Shown one piece after another: positions 30,517 through 40,888 of a DNA stretch of 64,000 nucleotides (positions are counted from its first letter, which is position 1; each line of letters begins with the position of its first letter). Below the pieces are notes generated by a model. That model worked only from the letters and a program-made list of their open reading frames with translations. It made no database searches and was not told the origin of the DNA. Source of the stretch: Thermoplasmata archaeon (lineage in GTDB: Archaea > Thermoplasmatota > Thermoplasmata > RBG-16-68-12 > JAFNFQ01); contig JBGPQV010000002.1 of assembly GCA_041489255.1 (NCBI GenBank), positions 128,001-192,000 on the forward strand, read 5' to 3'. Made by a program: the position numbers and the translations under genes.

Positions 30517-30614
30517 TACGTCTCCTCCGTCATGTTTTCAAGATCCCGCCCATGGTCGAGGTTGCCCTCCGAAGGGATGCCTCAGGAGGGAAATGCTTAA
30601 GGCAAGTGTAACAC

Positions 30615-30866
30615 ATGTACTACTTGAGTGAGGAAATGGACACGACAATCCGCGAACTCGACGACGACCTCTACCGGCAGGCAAAGGCCAAGGCGGCCCT
30701 CATGGGTATCTCCATCGGACGCGCTATGAACGAGGCCATGCGGAAGTGGATCTCAGAAGGCAGCGAAGCCAAGAAGGGGAGCATCCTCGATCTGAAACCG
30801 GCGAGATTCGGGAAGGGAAGCGAGCATCTCAGCGAAGAAATCGACAAGGTCCTGTATGGGGAGTAA
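30615..30866 (+). CDS. Antitoxin (ribbon-helix-helix-like, VapB-type)
   Basis: TTIRELDDDLYRQAKAKAA; SEEIDKVLYGE tail; directly upstream of the PIN gene. Start may be 30636. Confidence 0.8.
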   Translation: MYYLSEEMDTTIRELDDDLYRQAKAKAALMGISIGRAMNEAMRKWISEGSEAKKGSILDLKPARFGKGSEHLSEEIDKVLYGE

Positions 30867-30868
30867 GG

Positions 30869-31273
30869 ATGCTGCTGCTTGACACCAGCGTGATAGTCGC
30901 CTTCAGGAATGCCGATGACGTGAACCACGAGAGGAGCATGCGGGTGTTCGAGGACCTGGCGAACGGCAAATATGCGAACGGCCTCGTAAGCGAATTTGTG
31001 TTTCTTGAGACGGTGACAGTGCTGAAGAGGAAGTGTGGAGCGACGATCGCGGTTGAGACCGGCGAGGCACTTCTCGACTCGAAGGAGATCAAAGTCCTCC
31101 CATCTGGAGACTTATCCGATGCTTCCTGGAAGGAATTCGTGAACCTTTCGAAGACGAAGCTGAGCTTCGTCGATGCCTCCAATCTCGTTGCCATGCGGAT
31201 GTACGGGACCCGGGAGATAGCGACGTTCGACCAAGAGTACCGCAAAATCAAGGGGATAGAGGTCGTCGGATAG
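30869..31273 (+). CDS. vapC: PIN-domain toxin (VapC family)
   Basis: LLDTSV, ETVT, LSFVDA and IATFD acidic PIN residues. Confidence 0.9.
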   Translation: MLLLDTSVIVAFRNADDVNHERSMRVFEDLANGKYANGLVSEFVFLETVTVLKRKCGATIAVETGEALLDSKEIKVLPSGDLSDASWKEFVNLSKTKLSFVDASNLVAMRMYGTREIATFDQEYRKIKGIEVVG

Positions 31274-31351
31274 ACCACGCGACCGTGTCCGGAGGGAGAA
31301 CGGCCTGCCACTCTCGGACCGTTTCTGGGCATCTACCTGCCAAGTCCCCGT

Positions 31352-31366
31352 CGAAAATGCTTATAC
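31352..31366 (+). promoter_or_regulatory. Archaeal BRE/TATA promoter for tRNA-Gln and glnS
   Basis: CGAAAATGCTTATAC, about 25 nt upstream of the tRNA 5' end. Confidence 0.6.
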
Positions 31367-31389
31367 GGAGACGCGGCTTGACGGAACGT

Positions 31390-31460
31390 AGCCCCGTGGT
31401 GTAATGGCAGCATAAGAGGCTCTGGACCTCTTGGCATCGGTTCGAATCCGGTCGGGGCTG
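31390..31460 (+). tRNA. tRNA-Gln(CUG), 71 nt, CCA not encoded
   Basis: AGCCCCG/CGGGGCT acceptor, AGAGG-CTCTGGA-CCTCT anticodon arm, ATCGG-TTCGAAT-CCGGT T arm, discriminator G. Confidence 0.93.
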
Positions 31461-31489
31461 CCTGTCCATCCGAGATTCGGTGAAGAAGA

Positions 31490-33175
<1,686 letters not shown>

Positions 33176-33279
33176 GAGGGGGTTTTCTCCGGCTCATCTG
33201 ATTTCCTCCGATGTCATGCATGACATGTCAGGGCAAGTGTGATAAACTCCCCGTGCATTGGTGGAAATGGAGGTTGAAG

Positions 33280-33888
33280 ATGGCCCCCCCTACAAATACA
33301 ATATTGCTGCTTGCCCTGATTGTTGTTGCCTGCCTCGTGATAATCCTTGTGGCATTGGCAATCTTTTGGCTGGGTCAGAAGGAACCTGCACCGAAGGGCA
33401 AGGTGCGGCAGAGAAGGGCCGTTGTGACAATCCTCGGAGCGGCCGTTTTCCTATCGTCGTTCTTCGCTGCGATCTACTCAGATCCTGGCACGCCGTGTTG
33501 CGGAATCAGCCTCAGAATGCGTGTGGTCGATTCGTCCGGTGGATTCACCATGGATGACTTTCTGGTGACTCTGGATCATTCCCCGGACAGGTACCTCAGC
33601 GTCGAAAGGAACAATGAATATGTGCTGATTGATGGGATTTCCAGCAGCGACATCCTTCCAATCAGGCTCGAATGCAGCCAATCACCAATCTTTTGGGGCA
33701 ACAGCAGTCTAACCCTGAACTCCTACGTGTCACACCATTTCTTCATCTTGACATACGCCAATTCGACAGGGGACTCCGATATGGTCACGTTGTATCTGAA
33801 TCATGATGACAATATTCATGTCTACCACTTCGGATTTGGAAACGAATGGGTGGACATCGAGGTTATGGTCTCAGAAAAGCAATATTGA
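33280..33888 (+). CDS. Hypothetical membrane protein (two TM helices)
   Basis: RBS GGAGG; two hydrophobic segments; more AT-rich than its neighbours. Confidence 0.6.
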   Translation: MAPPTNTILLLALIVVACLVIILVALAIFWLGQKEPAPKGKVRQRRAVVTILGAAVFLSSFFAAIYSDPGTPCCGISLRMRVVDSSGGFTMDDFLVTLDHSPDRYLSVERNNEYVLIDGISSSDILPIRLECSQSPIFWGNSSLTLNSYVSHHFFILTYANSTGDSDMVTLYLNHDDNIHVYHFGFGNEWVDIEVMVSEKQY

Positions 33889-34052
33889 CTACCGACTTCG
33901 GCGCACAATTGATGAAGCTAGTCCGTCTTTAAAGCGGTTCATCGGAGGATAGTTCCTTCTCAAGCGGACTGCCATCGAGTGCCATGGGATCGCCTCCCGC
34001 CCGATGGTGCATCAATAAATACCTCATCCGCTTTCGGTGCGCCGGGGATAGA

Positions 34053-34481
34053 ATGGTCCGAGAGGTTGACTATAAACCGAAGCCCATAGACGCCGAATTC
34101 CTGAACAAGCCAGGTGACTACCCTGTCACGGGCAAGCACCTCGAGCACGAGATCATGGCGGAGGGCAAGCAGCGCATGGACGCTGAGAACAAGCCCTACC
34201 CGACCAAGCTCGGCATCCACGGCCATCATGTGGCTGTCGATTTCGAGACGTGCGTCGCCGACGGAGCATGCCAGGACGTGTGCCCGGTCGATGTCTTCGA
34301 GTGGCTGCTGAACCCGGGGAACAAGGGGACCGGCAACGACAAGGTCCTGGAGAAGGGCTCGCCTGACTGGCAGAAGTACAGGACCGACAAGGCCGATCCC
34401 GTCCGAGAAGGCGACTGCATCGACTGCATGGCGTGCGAGACGGCTTGCCCCGTGCTGGCGATAAAAATCACGCCCGGCTGA
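34053..34481 (+). CDS. zfx: Zinc-containing dicluster ferredoxin, Thermoplasma type
   Basis: N-terminal KPKPID..YPVTGKHLEH..KLGIHG extension; CVADGAC..CP and CIDCMACETACP. Confidence 0.88.
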   Translation: MVREVDYKPKPIDAEFLNKPGDYPVTGKHLEHEIMAEGKQRMDAENKPYPTKLGIHGHHVAVDFETCVADGACQDVCPVDVFEWLLNPGNKGTGNDKVLEKGSPDWQKYRTDKADPVREGDCIDCMACETACPVLAIKITPG

Positions 34482-34735
34482 GCAAGAGTCATGGCGCTCT
34501 GGGCGCAGGACTCCTTCGCTGCGAATCGGCTTTGGCGAGTGCGACCGAGAAAGCTCCCTCGACCACTTTCACCTGACAATGTCCGATTTTTCCCAAATCG
34601 TTATCGCGGATGATATCCGCGCCGAAACCGGCTTGAGGAGTGGGTTGACCTTGGGTCTGCTATGGCGGTCGTTTTCACAGCCGGGGGAATAGCTGCGTCC
34701 TGCCATCTCGCTCCGCGGCATGGCGGTGACCGGCC

Positions 34736-35182
34736 TTGATGCCCCTCACCAAGCGAGGGGTGAACAAGGTGCTCGGCTGCAGCCTGTTTCGAACGGGGGA
34801 AGAGGAGCCGATGACCGTCGTGTCCGAGATACTCAGACGGAGCGGCGTGAAGGTCGGGAAGGTCGATAAGAAGAGCAACCAAATCACGGGGAGAATCGGG
34901 TCGTTCTTCGACCCGTACGCCTGCAAGGTTACCGCCCACATATTCAATCAGAAGTCGATAAGCCTCATCGAACTCGTCTGCGAGGGAGCGTGGGGTAGAC
35001 CGGGGGAGAAGGTTCTGTCCGACTACCTCAAGATCCTCTGTCGCAACTTCAATGACCTTTCGCTCTCCGATATCGAGAATACGATCGACTGGGGGTGGAG
35101 CGGTTCGAAGGGGGAGGGATCCCACAAGGCTCGCACACAAGCCGTCGCGCTCATCAAGAACATCGAGGCTGAAATGAAGTAG
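34736..35182 (+). CDS. Hypothetical protein upstream of the GTPase
   Basis: 148-aa ORF with host-like codons, ending 18 nt before the GTPase gene. Confidence 0.6.
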   Translation: MMPLTKRGVNKVLGCSLFRTGEEEPMTVVSEILRRSGVKVGKVDKKSNQITGRIGSFFDPYACKVTAHIFNQKSISLIELVCEGAWGRPGEKVLSDYLKILCRNFNDLSLSDIENTIDWGWSGSKGEGSHKARTQAVALIKNIEAEMK

Positions 35183-35200
35183 AAACGGGGCTGCATACCC

Positions 35201-36016
35201 TTGATGGAGAAAACGGGCAAGACCAAGTTCAAGATTTGCATCGTCGGGGAAAAGTCGGTGGGCAAGACGTCGCTTCTCGAGAGGTATATCTTCGGCACCT
35301 TTGGCGGTGACTCAGGGGCCTCTTCCGGCACGAAGATGTCTTCGGTGAGTTCAAGGAACATCGAGGCGGGCGGCAAGGTGGTCGACGTTGATGTGGCCTT
35401 CTTCGACCTCATGGGTGCGACGGCGGTGAGGGACTCCTTCAAGGAAGTGTTGTTCTGGGGCGCGCATGGTTTCCTGGCGGTGGCGGACATGACGAGGTCG
35501 GACACGATCCGCGCTCTCCCTGCCTGGGTGAAGGTCGTGAGATCCGTTGCGGGGGAGATCCCGTTCCAAGTGCTCCTCAATAAAGCCGACCTGGCACTTG
35601 GAGGCGAATTAAATCTTGAGGACATTGGCTGGTTAAATTCACGGTTCCCCAAGACGCCGTATCATCTAGTCAGCGCAAGAAGCAGCATCGGAGTCGAAGA
35701 CGGCATCGACGCGCTCGTAAAGGACGTCATCGAAAGCATCCTCGCAAAAGCCGCCGTGAAGAAGGAGACACCCGTTCGAGTCGGCGAGATCAGCAGGAAG
35801 ATTCTGTCCTTCGCAAAGAGGAGGAGCCCCATAGGCGTCCCCAAGAAAGACCTCCTGATGGTCATCAAGAACGTGGACCACGATTCCTTGATGGCGGAGA
35901 TTGAAGAACTCAAGGAGAACGGGCTGGTGACGATAGAGTTGACCGGCCCGGCGTCATTCTTGGTCAAGATCACCAAGGAAGGCGAGAAGCAGCTCGAGCT
36001 GACGGCGGCTCACTGA
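35201..36016 (+). CDS. Ras/Rab-like small GTPase with probable C-terminal winged-helix
   Basis: G1 GEKSVGKTS, G3 DLMG, G4 NKAD, G5 SAR; C-terminal LKENGLV..VKITKEG. Confidence 0.8.
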   Translation: MMEKTGKTKFKICIVGEKSVGKTSLLERYIFGTFGGDSGASSGTKMSSVSSRNIEAGGKVVDVDVAFFDLMGATAVRDSFKEVLFWGAHGFLAVADMTRSDTIRALPAWVKVVRSVAGEIPFQVLLNKADLALGGELNLEDIGWLNSRFPKTPYHLVSARSSIGVEDGIDALVKDVIESILAKAAVKKETPVRVGEISRKILSFAKRRSPIGVPKKDLLMVIKNVDHDSLMAEIEELKENGLVTIELTGPASFLVKITKEGEKQLELTAAH

Positions 36017-36021
36017 CAGAG

Positions 36022-36106
36022 TGCGGCGGCCAGGATTCGAACCTGGGGACTCCTTCGAGACGAGGACCTAAACCTCGCGCCGTTGGCCGAGCTTGGCTAC
36101 CGCCGC
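36022..36106 (-). tRNA. tRNA-Leu(UAG)
   Basis: GCGGCGG/CCGCCGC-A acceptor, CGAGG-TTTAGGT-CCTCG anticodon arm, long variable arm, TTCGAAT; TTTATA box upstream. Confidence 0.93.
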
Positions 36107-36272
36107 GGCCCGCCAATGAGGGCGTCCCGCTATAAAGCTCACTTCGCGATTCCATTGTGGACATATGTGGAATACGAAGGTCGCTTCAAATGCTGCCAAC
36201 GAGATGCGGATCTCGGTAGAGTATTAATAGACCGAACTGCACTCAGTCTCAAAATCGAGAGGAAGGCGTCAA

Positions 36273-36635
36273 ATGAGCGCACCACAGCCGCAGATGAGTC
36301 AGCTGCCGATGACTGCCGCATATGATCAAGGCCAGAATCCCGGGCAGACCTGGGGGCCTCCGATGATGAGCCAGCCGTTCATGGCACCGCCTCGGGTTGG
36401 GATGCCACCAAAGACTGGACATGTGCTCGTCCTCATCGGCAATATCCTCGTTGCGACAGGTGTGATAATCTTGGCGTTTTCATTGACAACGGTGACCTTC
36501 GCCATTCAGGACAATCCCAACCCCGACCAGGTTTCGTTAGGCATAGGAGCGATCTTCCTCACGCTCGGTGGACTGCTTGTCGGCATAGGCTTCCTCGTCA
36601 GAAGCTTCGGCGCGTACATGGCCGCAGTCCGGTAG
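36273..36635 (+). CDS. Small membrane protein with Pro/Gln/Met-rich N-terminus
   Basis: Two TM helices. Confidence 0.65.
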   Translation: MSAPQPQMSQLPMTAAYDQGQNPGQTWGPPMMSQPFMAPPRVGMPPKTGHVLVLIGNILVATGVIILAFSLTTVTFAIQDNPNPDQVSLGIGAIFLTLGGLLVGIGFLVRSFGAYMAAVR

Positions 36636-36790
36636 CTCAATGGAAGAACGTCGAGAATCAATCCGACAACTTATGATTGAGACGGGCGAGCAGACCGCTT
36701 GCCTTCGATTTGCTCGTTCACCGATGCCGGCAGCGGGGCATTGCCCTGCAAATCCTTTTGCGGCCGACCGCCTTCCCGCCACGGGAGAGC

Positions 36791-37705
36791 ATGTCTTTCC
36801 ATCCACTCGACTGGGACAAGTCGACACTTATCACTGACTCGGGCATGTTCAACACGGAAGAGTTCGGCGCCATCTACCTTATCGAGGACGACAAGGTAAC
36901 GATGGTGGAATCAGGCACGTCTTTCGATACCGAGCGCATACTGTCGGCGGTCAGGGAATTTGGTCACACGCCCGGCGACATAGACAACCTGATCGTCTCG
37001 CACATACACTTGGACCACGCCGGTGGCGCGGGCTTTTTATTACAGGAGATGAAGAACGCCAGGGTATTCGTCCATGAGAGAGGCTACAAGCACCTTGTCG
37101 ATCCGACTCGGCTGCTCGCGAGTGCGCGGGCGGCACTAGGGGCCTCCGCGAACGAATTCGGCACGATGAGACCGATACCTGCTGAGAGGCTCGTGGCGGT
37201 CAAGGACGGGGACAAGCTGGAGCTCGGCAAGCGGGAGCTTATCTTCTACGATTCGCCCGGGCACGCGCCGCACGAGCTCACGATATTCGACACTTACAAT
37301 AAGGGCATCTACACCGGGGACGCCGCGGGTCTCTATCTATCCAGGGACGAGGTCCTTATGCCGATAGCTCCAGCGCCTACGTTCAGCCTCGAAGACAACA
37401 TCAGGAGCCTGGACAGGATGCTCACTCTCCAGCCGCGCGCGCTTTTCTTCAGTCACTATGGCCCGCACACCAGCCCGAAGGCGGTCGTCACCATCCAGAA
37501 GATACAATATGCCGAATGGGCTGACTTCGTGCGGAGACGGAGAGGCCTGGACTCGGAGGAAATGATGACTGAGCAGCTGTTCAGGGACTATGGCATCCGC
37601 ATCAAAGCCTACGAGCCGGGTTTCGTCAAGAAGAGGATCAGGGACAGCGTCGAGGGGCTGATCGTCTACCACCAGAGGCTGGAGGATGCTGCCCGCAAGA
37701 TTTAG
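36791..37705 (+). CDS. MBL-fold metallo-hydrolase
   Basis: SHIHLDHAGG, PGHAPH, TGDAAG, SHYG. Confidence 0.9.
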   Translation: MSFHPLDWDKSTLITDSGMFNTEEFGAIYLIEDDKVTMVESGTSFDTERILSAVREFGHTPGDIDNLIVSHIHLDHAGGAGFLLQEMKNARVFVHERGYKHLVDPTRLLASARAALGASANEFGTMRPIPAERLVAVKDGDKLELGKRELIFYDSPGHAPHELTIFDTYNKGIYTGDAAGLYLSRDEVLMPIAPAPTFSLEDNIRSLDRMLTLQPRALFFSHYGPHTSPKAVVTIQKIQYAEWADFVRRRRGLDSEEMMTEQLFRDYGIRIKAYEPGFVKKRIRDSVEGLIVYHQRLEDAARKI

Positions 37706-38576
37706 ATCGCGGATGCACAGGATCGCCGCTGACAGGAAGTCCGGCGCGATCGAGCTCGCACTGGCGGTTGTCGAGGCCTTCGAGGGGTTGTCGAACTCAC
37801 GCCCGCTGCCGGAGAAAAAGGAGATGATGGCGGCGGTGAAGTTCCTCTCGAACTCCCAGCGATCAATGGTCCCCATCCGCAATTCGGCGGAGATGTGCGC
37901 GCGGATACTGGCGGGCGGCGGTGAATCGGCATTCCGGCTGGGACTTCTCTGGACACTCATCGAAAGCTCCCGTGAAAGGGTCGCGATGAATTCCCAGGCT
38001 ATCTTCGGCAATAAATCGGTGGTGCTCACACTCAGTCGAAGTTCAACGGTGCTACTTGCCCTCCAAGTCGCTGCGAAGTCGGGGAGGCTCGGAAAGCTAT
38101 TCATCATGGAGTCCAGGCCACGGCTTGAAGGAAGGTCGACGGCAAAGATGGTGGCCGAAATGGGAGTGGAATGCACATTGGTAGCAGACGCCATGGGGCC
38201 TTCGCTCGTCGAGGACGTGGACCTGGCGGTAGTCGGTGCCGACGCGATCCTCAAGGATGGCGGCGTGGTCAACAAGGTGGGGACCTATCCGCTTGCGCTC
38301 GCCTGCACCGATAATGGGAAGCCCCTCTGCGTGCTCGCCGAATCGATAAAGCTTGACCGGCGGTCCAGCTCGGAGACTTGGGCGGGGTCCGAGGAGAGAG
38401 ACGAATTCGAATTGCTCCCCCGACCGCCACGCAGCCTGAGAGCGCTCAACCGCTACTTCGACCTCACTCCCCCCGCCAACGTCAGCTGCGTCGTGCATGA
38501 GGATGGTATATCCAGACAAGGATGGGCGAAGATTATGGGGAAGATACTCGACCGTCTGACGGACGAGAGCGCATAG
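37686..38576 (+). CDS. eIF-2B alpha/beta/delta family protein (sugar-phosphate isomerase-like)
   Basis: DRKSGA, LTLSRSSTV, ESRPRLEG, VGADAI..VVNKVGT, FDLTP. Confidence 0.85.
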   Translation: MLPARFRSRMHRIAADRKSGAIELALAVVEAFEGLSNSRPLPEKKEMMAAVKFLSNSQRSMVPIRNSAEMCARILAGGGESAFRLGLLWTLIESSRERVAMNSQAIFGNKSVVLTLSRSSTVLLALQVAAKSGRLGKLFIMESRPRLEGRSTAKMVAEMGVECTLVADAMGPSLVEDVDLAVVGADAILKDGGVVNKVGTYPLALACTDNGKPLCVLAESIKLDRRSSSETWAGSEERDEFELLPRPPRSLRALNRYFDLTPPANVSCVVHEDGISRQGWAKIMGKILDRLTDESA

Positions 38577-38643
38577 AGCAGGCTCAGGCTTACTTACAGA
38601 ATATAGTCAACCGTTATCTAGCCAGCTCGGGAAAACCCTCTCG

Positions 38644-39999
38644 ATGTCCGCTCTAGCTGCGAAGCCGAAACCGCGCCTCAACCCGGTGAGAGTCAAGGTC
38701 AAGGAAGTCGAGCCGAGCCAGAGGGTGAAGGGCTTCGGCGAGGTCATCATCCCCTATACGCGCGAGGAGGCGATCGCCGAGGCGCAGCGCTGCATACAGT
38801 GCGGCAAACCCTACTGCAACGAGGCGTGCCCGATCGGCCAGGACGCCCGCGGATACATCAAGCTCATGGCCCAAGGGAACTTCGACGAGGCTGCCGCCAA
38901 GATCGTCTGGGACAATCCCCTGGCCGAGTGCCTCGGCAAGGTGTGCTATCACTTCTGCGAGGAGGCCTGCACCATCGGAAAGAAAGGCGAGCCGATTGCG
39001 ATCAGGCAGCTCAAGAGGGCCGCGCTGGAGTTCGGCAAGACGCCCGCACCCTACGATGCCGTCCCCAAGAACGGGAAGAAAGTGGCCATTATCGGAGCCG
39101 GCCCGTCAGGCATAATGGCGGCATGGAGCCTCGGGAAGATGGGCTATGACATCACAGTGTTCGAGGGCACGAAGAACCTCGGCGGGCTCATGACCATGAG
39201 CATACCCGGTTACCGCCTGACGAAGGGCACCTTCCAGAAGGACCTGGAGCGCATGAAGAACATCGGCATCGACTACAGGGTCGGAGTCCGAATCGGCCGC
39301 GACAAGAACTTCGAGGACCTGTTCAATAGCGGGTACGACGCCGTTTTCGTGGCGGTAGGGACGATGGAGCCTCAGGGTATCAGGATCCCAGGCACACAGC
39401 TTCCCGGAGTGCTCACTGCACTCGACATGCTTATCAGCATCAACACCGGCCAGAAGGTAACAATGGGGAAGAGGGTGGCGGTGATAGGCGGCGGCGACGT
39501 CGCAATGGACTCCGTCCGGAGCGCCCTGCGGTTCGGAGCGGAGAAGGTGACCCTCGTCTACCGGAGGAGCCGCGAGGAGATGCCCGCCAGCGACGATGAG
39601 ATCGCGGAGACGCAAGCAGAGGGCATCGAGTTCATGTTCCTGACAGCACCGCTGGATGTCTTGGGGAATGACAGAGTCGCCGGCCTCAAGTGCCAGAAGA
39701 TGCAGCTGGGCGAACCCGACGAGAGCGGCAGGAGGAGGCCCGTCCCGATTCCGGGTTCGGAATTCGTACTCGACGTTGATACGGTCATCCTCGCGATCGG
39801 CCAGCAGCCCAGCCTCAAAGGGATACCGGACATAGGGATAGTCGTGAACAAGAAGGGAGTGATCGAGGGCGACCCCGAGACCGGCGGCACGAAGCAGCCA
39901 GGGGTGTACGCTGGCGGCGGTGCTTCCGTCGTCCATGCCATGGCGGCGGGGAGGAAGGCGGCACTGTCAATCGATAAGTTCCTGCGCCCCGCAAGCTGA
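38644..39999 (+). CDS. GltD/NfnB/SudA-like FAD and Fe-S NAD(P)-dependent oxidoreductase
   Basis: RCIQC..C..CP, C..C..C, GAGPSG, GGGDVAMD, YRRSREEMPA. Confidence 0.88.
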   Translation: MSALAAKPKPRLNPVRVKVKEVEPSQRVKGFGEVIIPYTREEAIAEAQRCIQCGKPYCNEACPIGQDARGYIKLMAQGNFDEAAAKIVWDNPLAECLGKVCYHFCEEACTIGKKGEPIAIRQLKRAALEFGKTPAPYDAVPKNGKKVAIIGAGPSGIMAAWSLGKMGYDITVFEGTKNLGGLMTMSIPGYRLTKGTFQKDLERMKNIGIDYRVGVRIGRDKNFEDLFNSGYDAVFVAVGTMEPQGIRIPGTQLPGVLTALDMLISINTGQKVTMGKRVAVIGGGDVAMDSVRSALRFGAEKVTLVYRRSREEMPASDDEIAETQAEGIEFMFLTAPLDVLGNDRVAGLKCQKMQLGEPDESGRRRPVPIPGSEFVLDVDTVILAIGQQPSLKGIPDIGIVVNKKGVIEGDPETGGTKQPGVYAGGGASVVHAMAAGRKAALSIDKFLRPAS

Positions 40000-40021
40000 G
40001 TGGACAGACCTCTCGAGACAC

Positions 40022-40888
40022 TCACATCGCTTCTTCGATCATCTCTTTGGGATCTGAGATTCCGAGCTTCTGCTTCAGCGGCATCCCCTGCTTGTACGCC
40101 GGCTCCAAGTCCTCGTAAGTGGGCACGCCCTCGGCGACATAGAAAATCCCGATCGGTATCCTCTCGCCCCATTCCAGCGCTTTCGTCCAGGCAACCCCTA
40201 TGTCCTTGGTGTCGTGGTTCTCCTTCTGAAGGTTGTAGACCTTCGGCCGGAAGTAGTCATAGGTGTTGTATTTGTTGTAGGTCACGCAGGGAGAGAACAC
40301 GTCGACAAGGGAGAAGCCCTTGTGCTTGATCCCAGCCTCGATGAGCTCGGCAAGGCCTTTCGGGTCCCCGGAAAATCCGCGCGATATGTAAGTCGCTCCA
40401 GAAGCGAGGGCGAGCGCGATCGGGTTGATGGGGTTCTCGATGACTCCTTCCGGCGTCGATTTCGTCTTCATCTCCTTCAGGGACGTGGGAGAGGCCTGCC
40501 CGGTCGTGAGACCGTAGATCTGGTTGTCCATCACGATGTAGGTGATGTCGAGGTTCCTCCTCATCGCGTGGATGAAGTGACCGGCGCCGATGCCGTACCC
40601 GTCCCCATCTCCACCGGTTCCGATGACCGTCAGCTCGGGGTTCGCCAGCTTCAGTCCGGTCGCTATCGGCATGACCCTCCCATGGATGCCGTGCACGCCG
40701 AATGCTGATAGGAAATGGGGTAGGTTCGACGAACACCCGATGCCCGAGACGATCGCCACCCGCCAAGGCTCCAGCTTCAGGTTCGTCAGCGCTTTGTGCA
40801 CCGCGTTCAGGACGGCGTAGTCCCCGCAACCGGGGCACCATGTCGGCTTCACACCCGACTTGAACTCATAGACCTCCTCGTCAGGCAA
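40022..40888 (-). CDS. 2-oxoacid:ferredoxin oxidoreductase beta subunit (second copy)
   Basis: TWCPGCGD, GIGCS, GGDGDG, SPCVTY. Confidence 0.95.
   Translation of the reverse strand: MPDEEVYEFKSGVKPTWCPGCGDYAVLNAVHKALTNLKLEPWRVAIVSGIGCSSNLPHFLSAFGVHGIHGRVMPIATGLKLANPELTVIGTGGDGDGYGIGAGHFIHAMRRNLDITYIVMDNQIYGLTTGQASPTSLKEMKTKSTPEGVIENPINPIALALASGATYISRGFSGDPKGLAELIEAGIKHKGFSLVDVFSPCVTYNKYNTYDYFRPKVYNLQKENHDTKDIGVAWTKALEWGERIPIGIFYVAEGVPTYEDLEPAYKQGMPLKQKLGISDPKEMIEEAM

Noticed and set aside
30425-30580. Permuted or D-loop-intron tRNA built from local sequence
   Set aside because: Neither the upstream CGCCGCG nor the downstream CCGCCCA pairs properly with TGGGGCC; the 9-bp GCCCTCCGA repeat may be chance.
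31390-31460. Suppressor or pyrrolysine tRNA
   Set aside because: The anticodon reads CTG, not CTA, and the cloverleaf is standard.
36640-36790. Imperfect hairpins upstream of the MBL hydrolase
   Set aside because: No recognisable riboswitch or ncRNA motif; such pairing is expected at this GC content.
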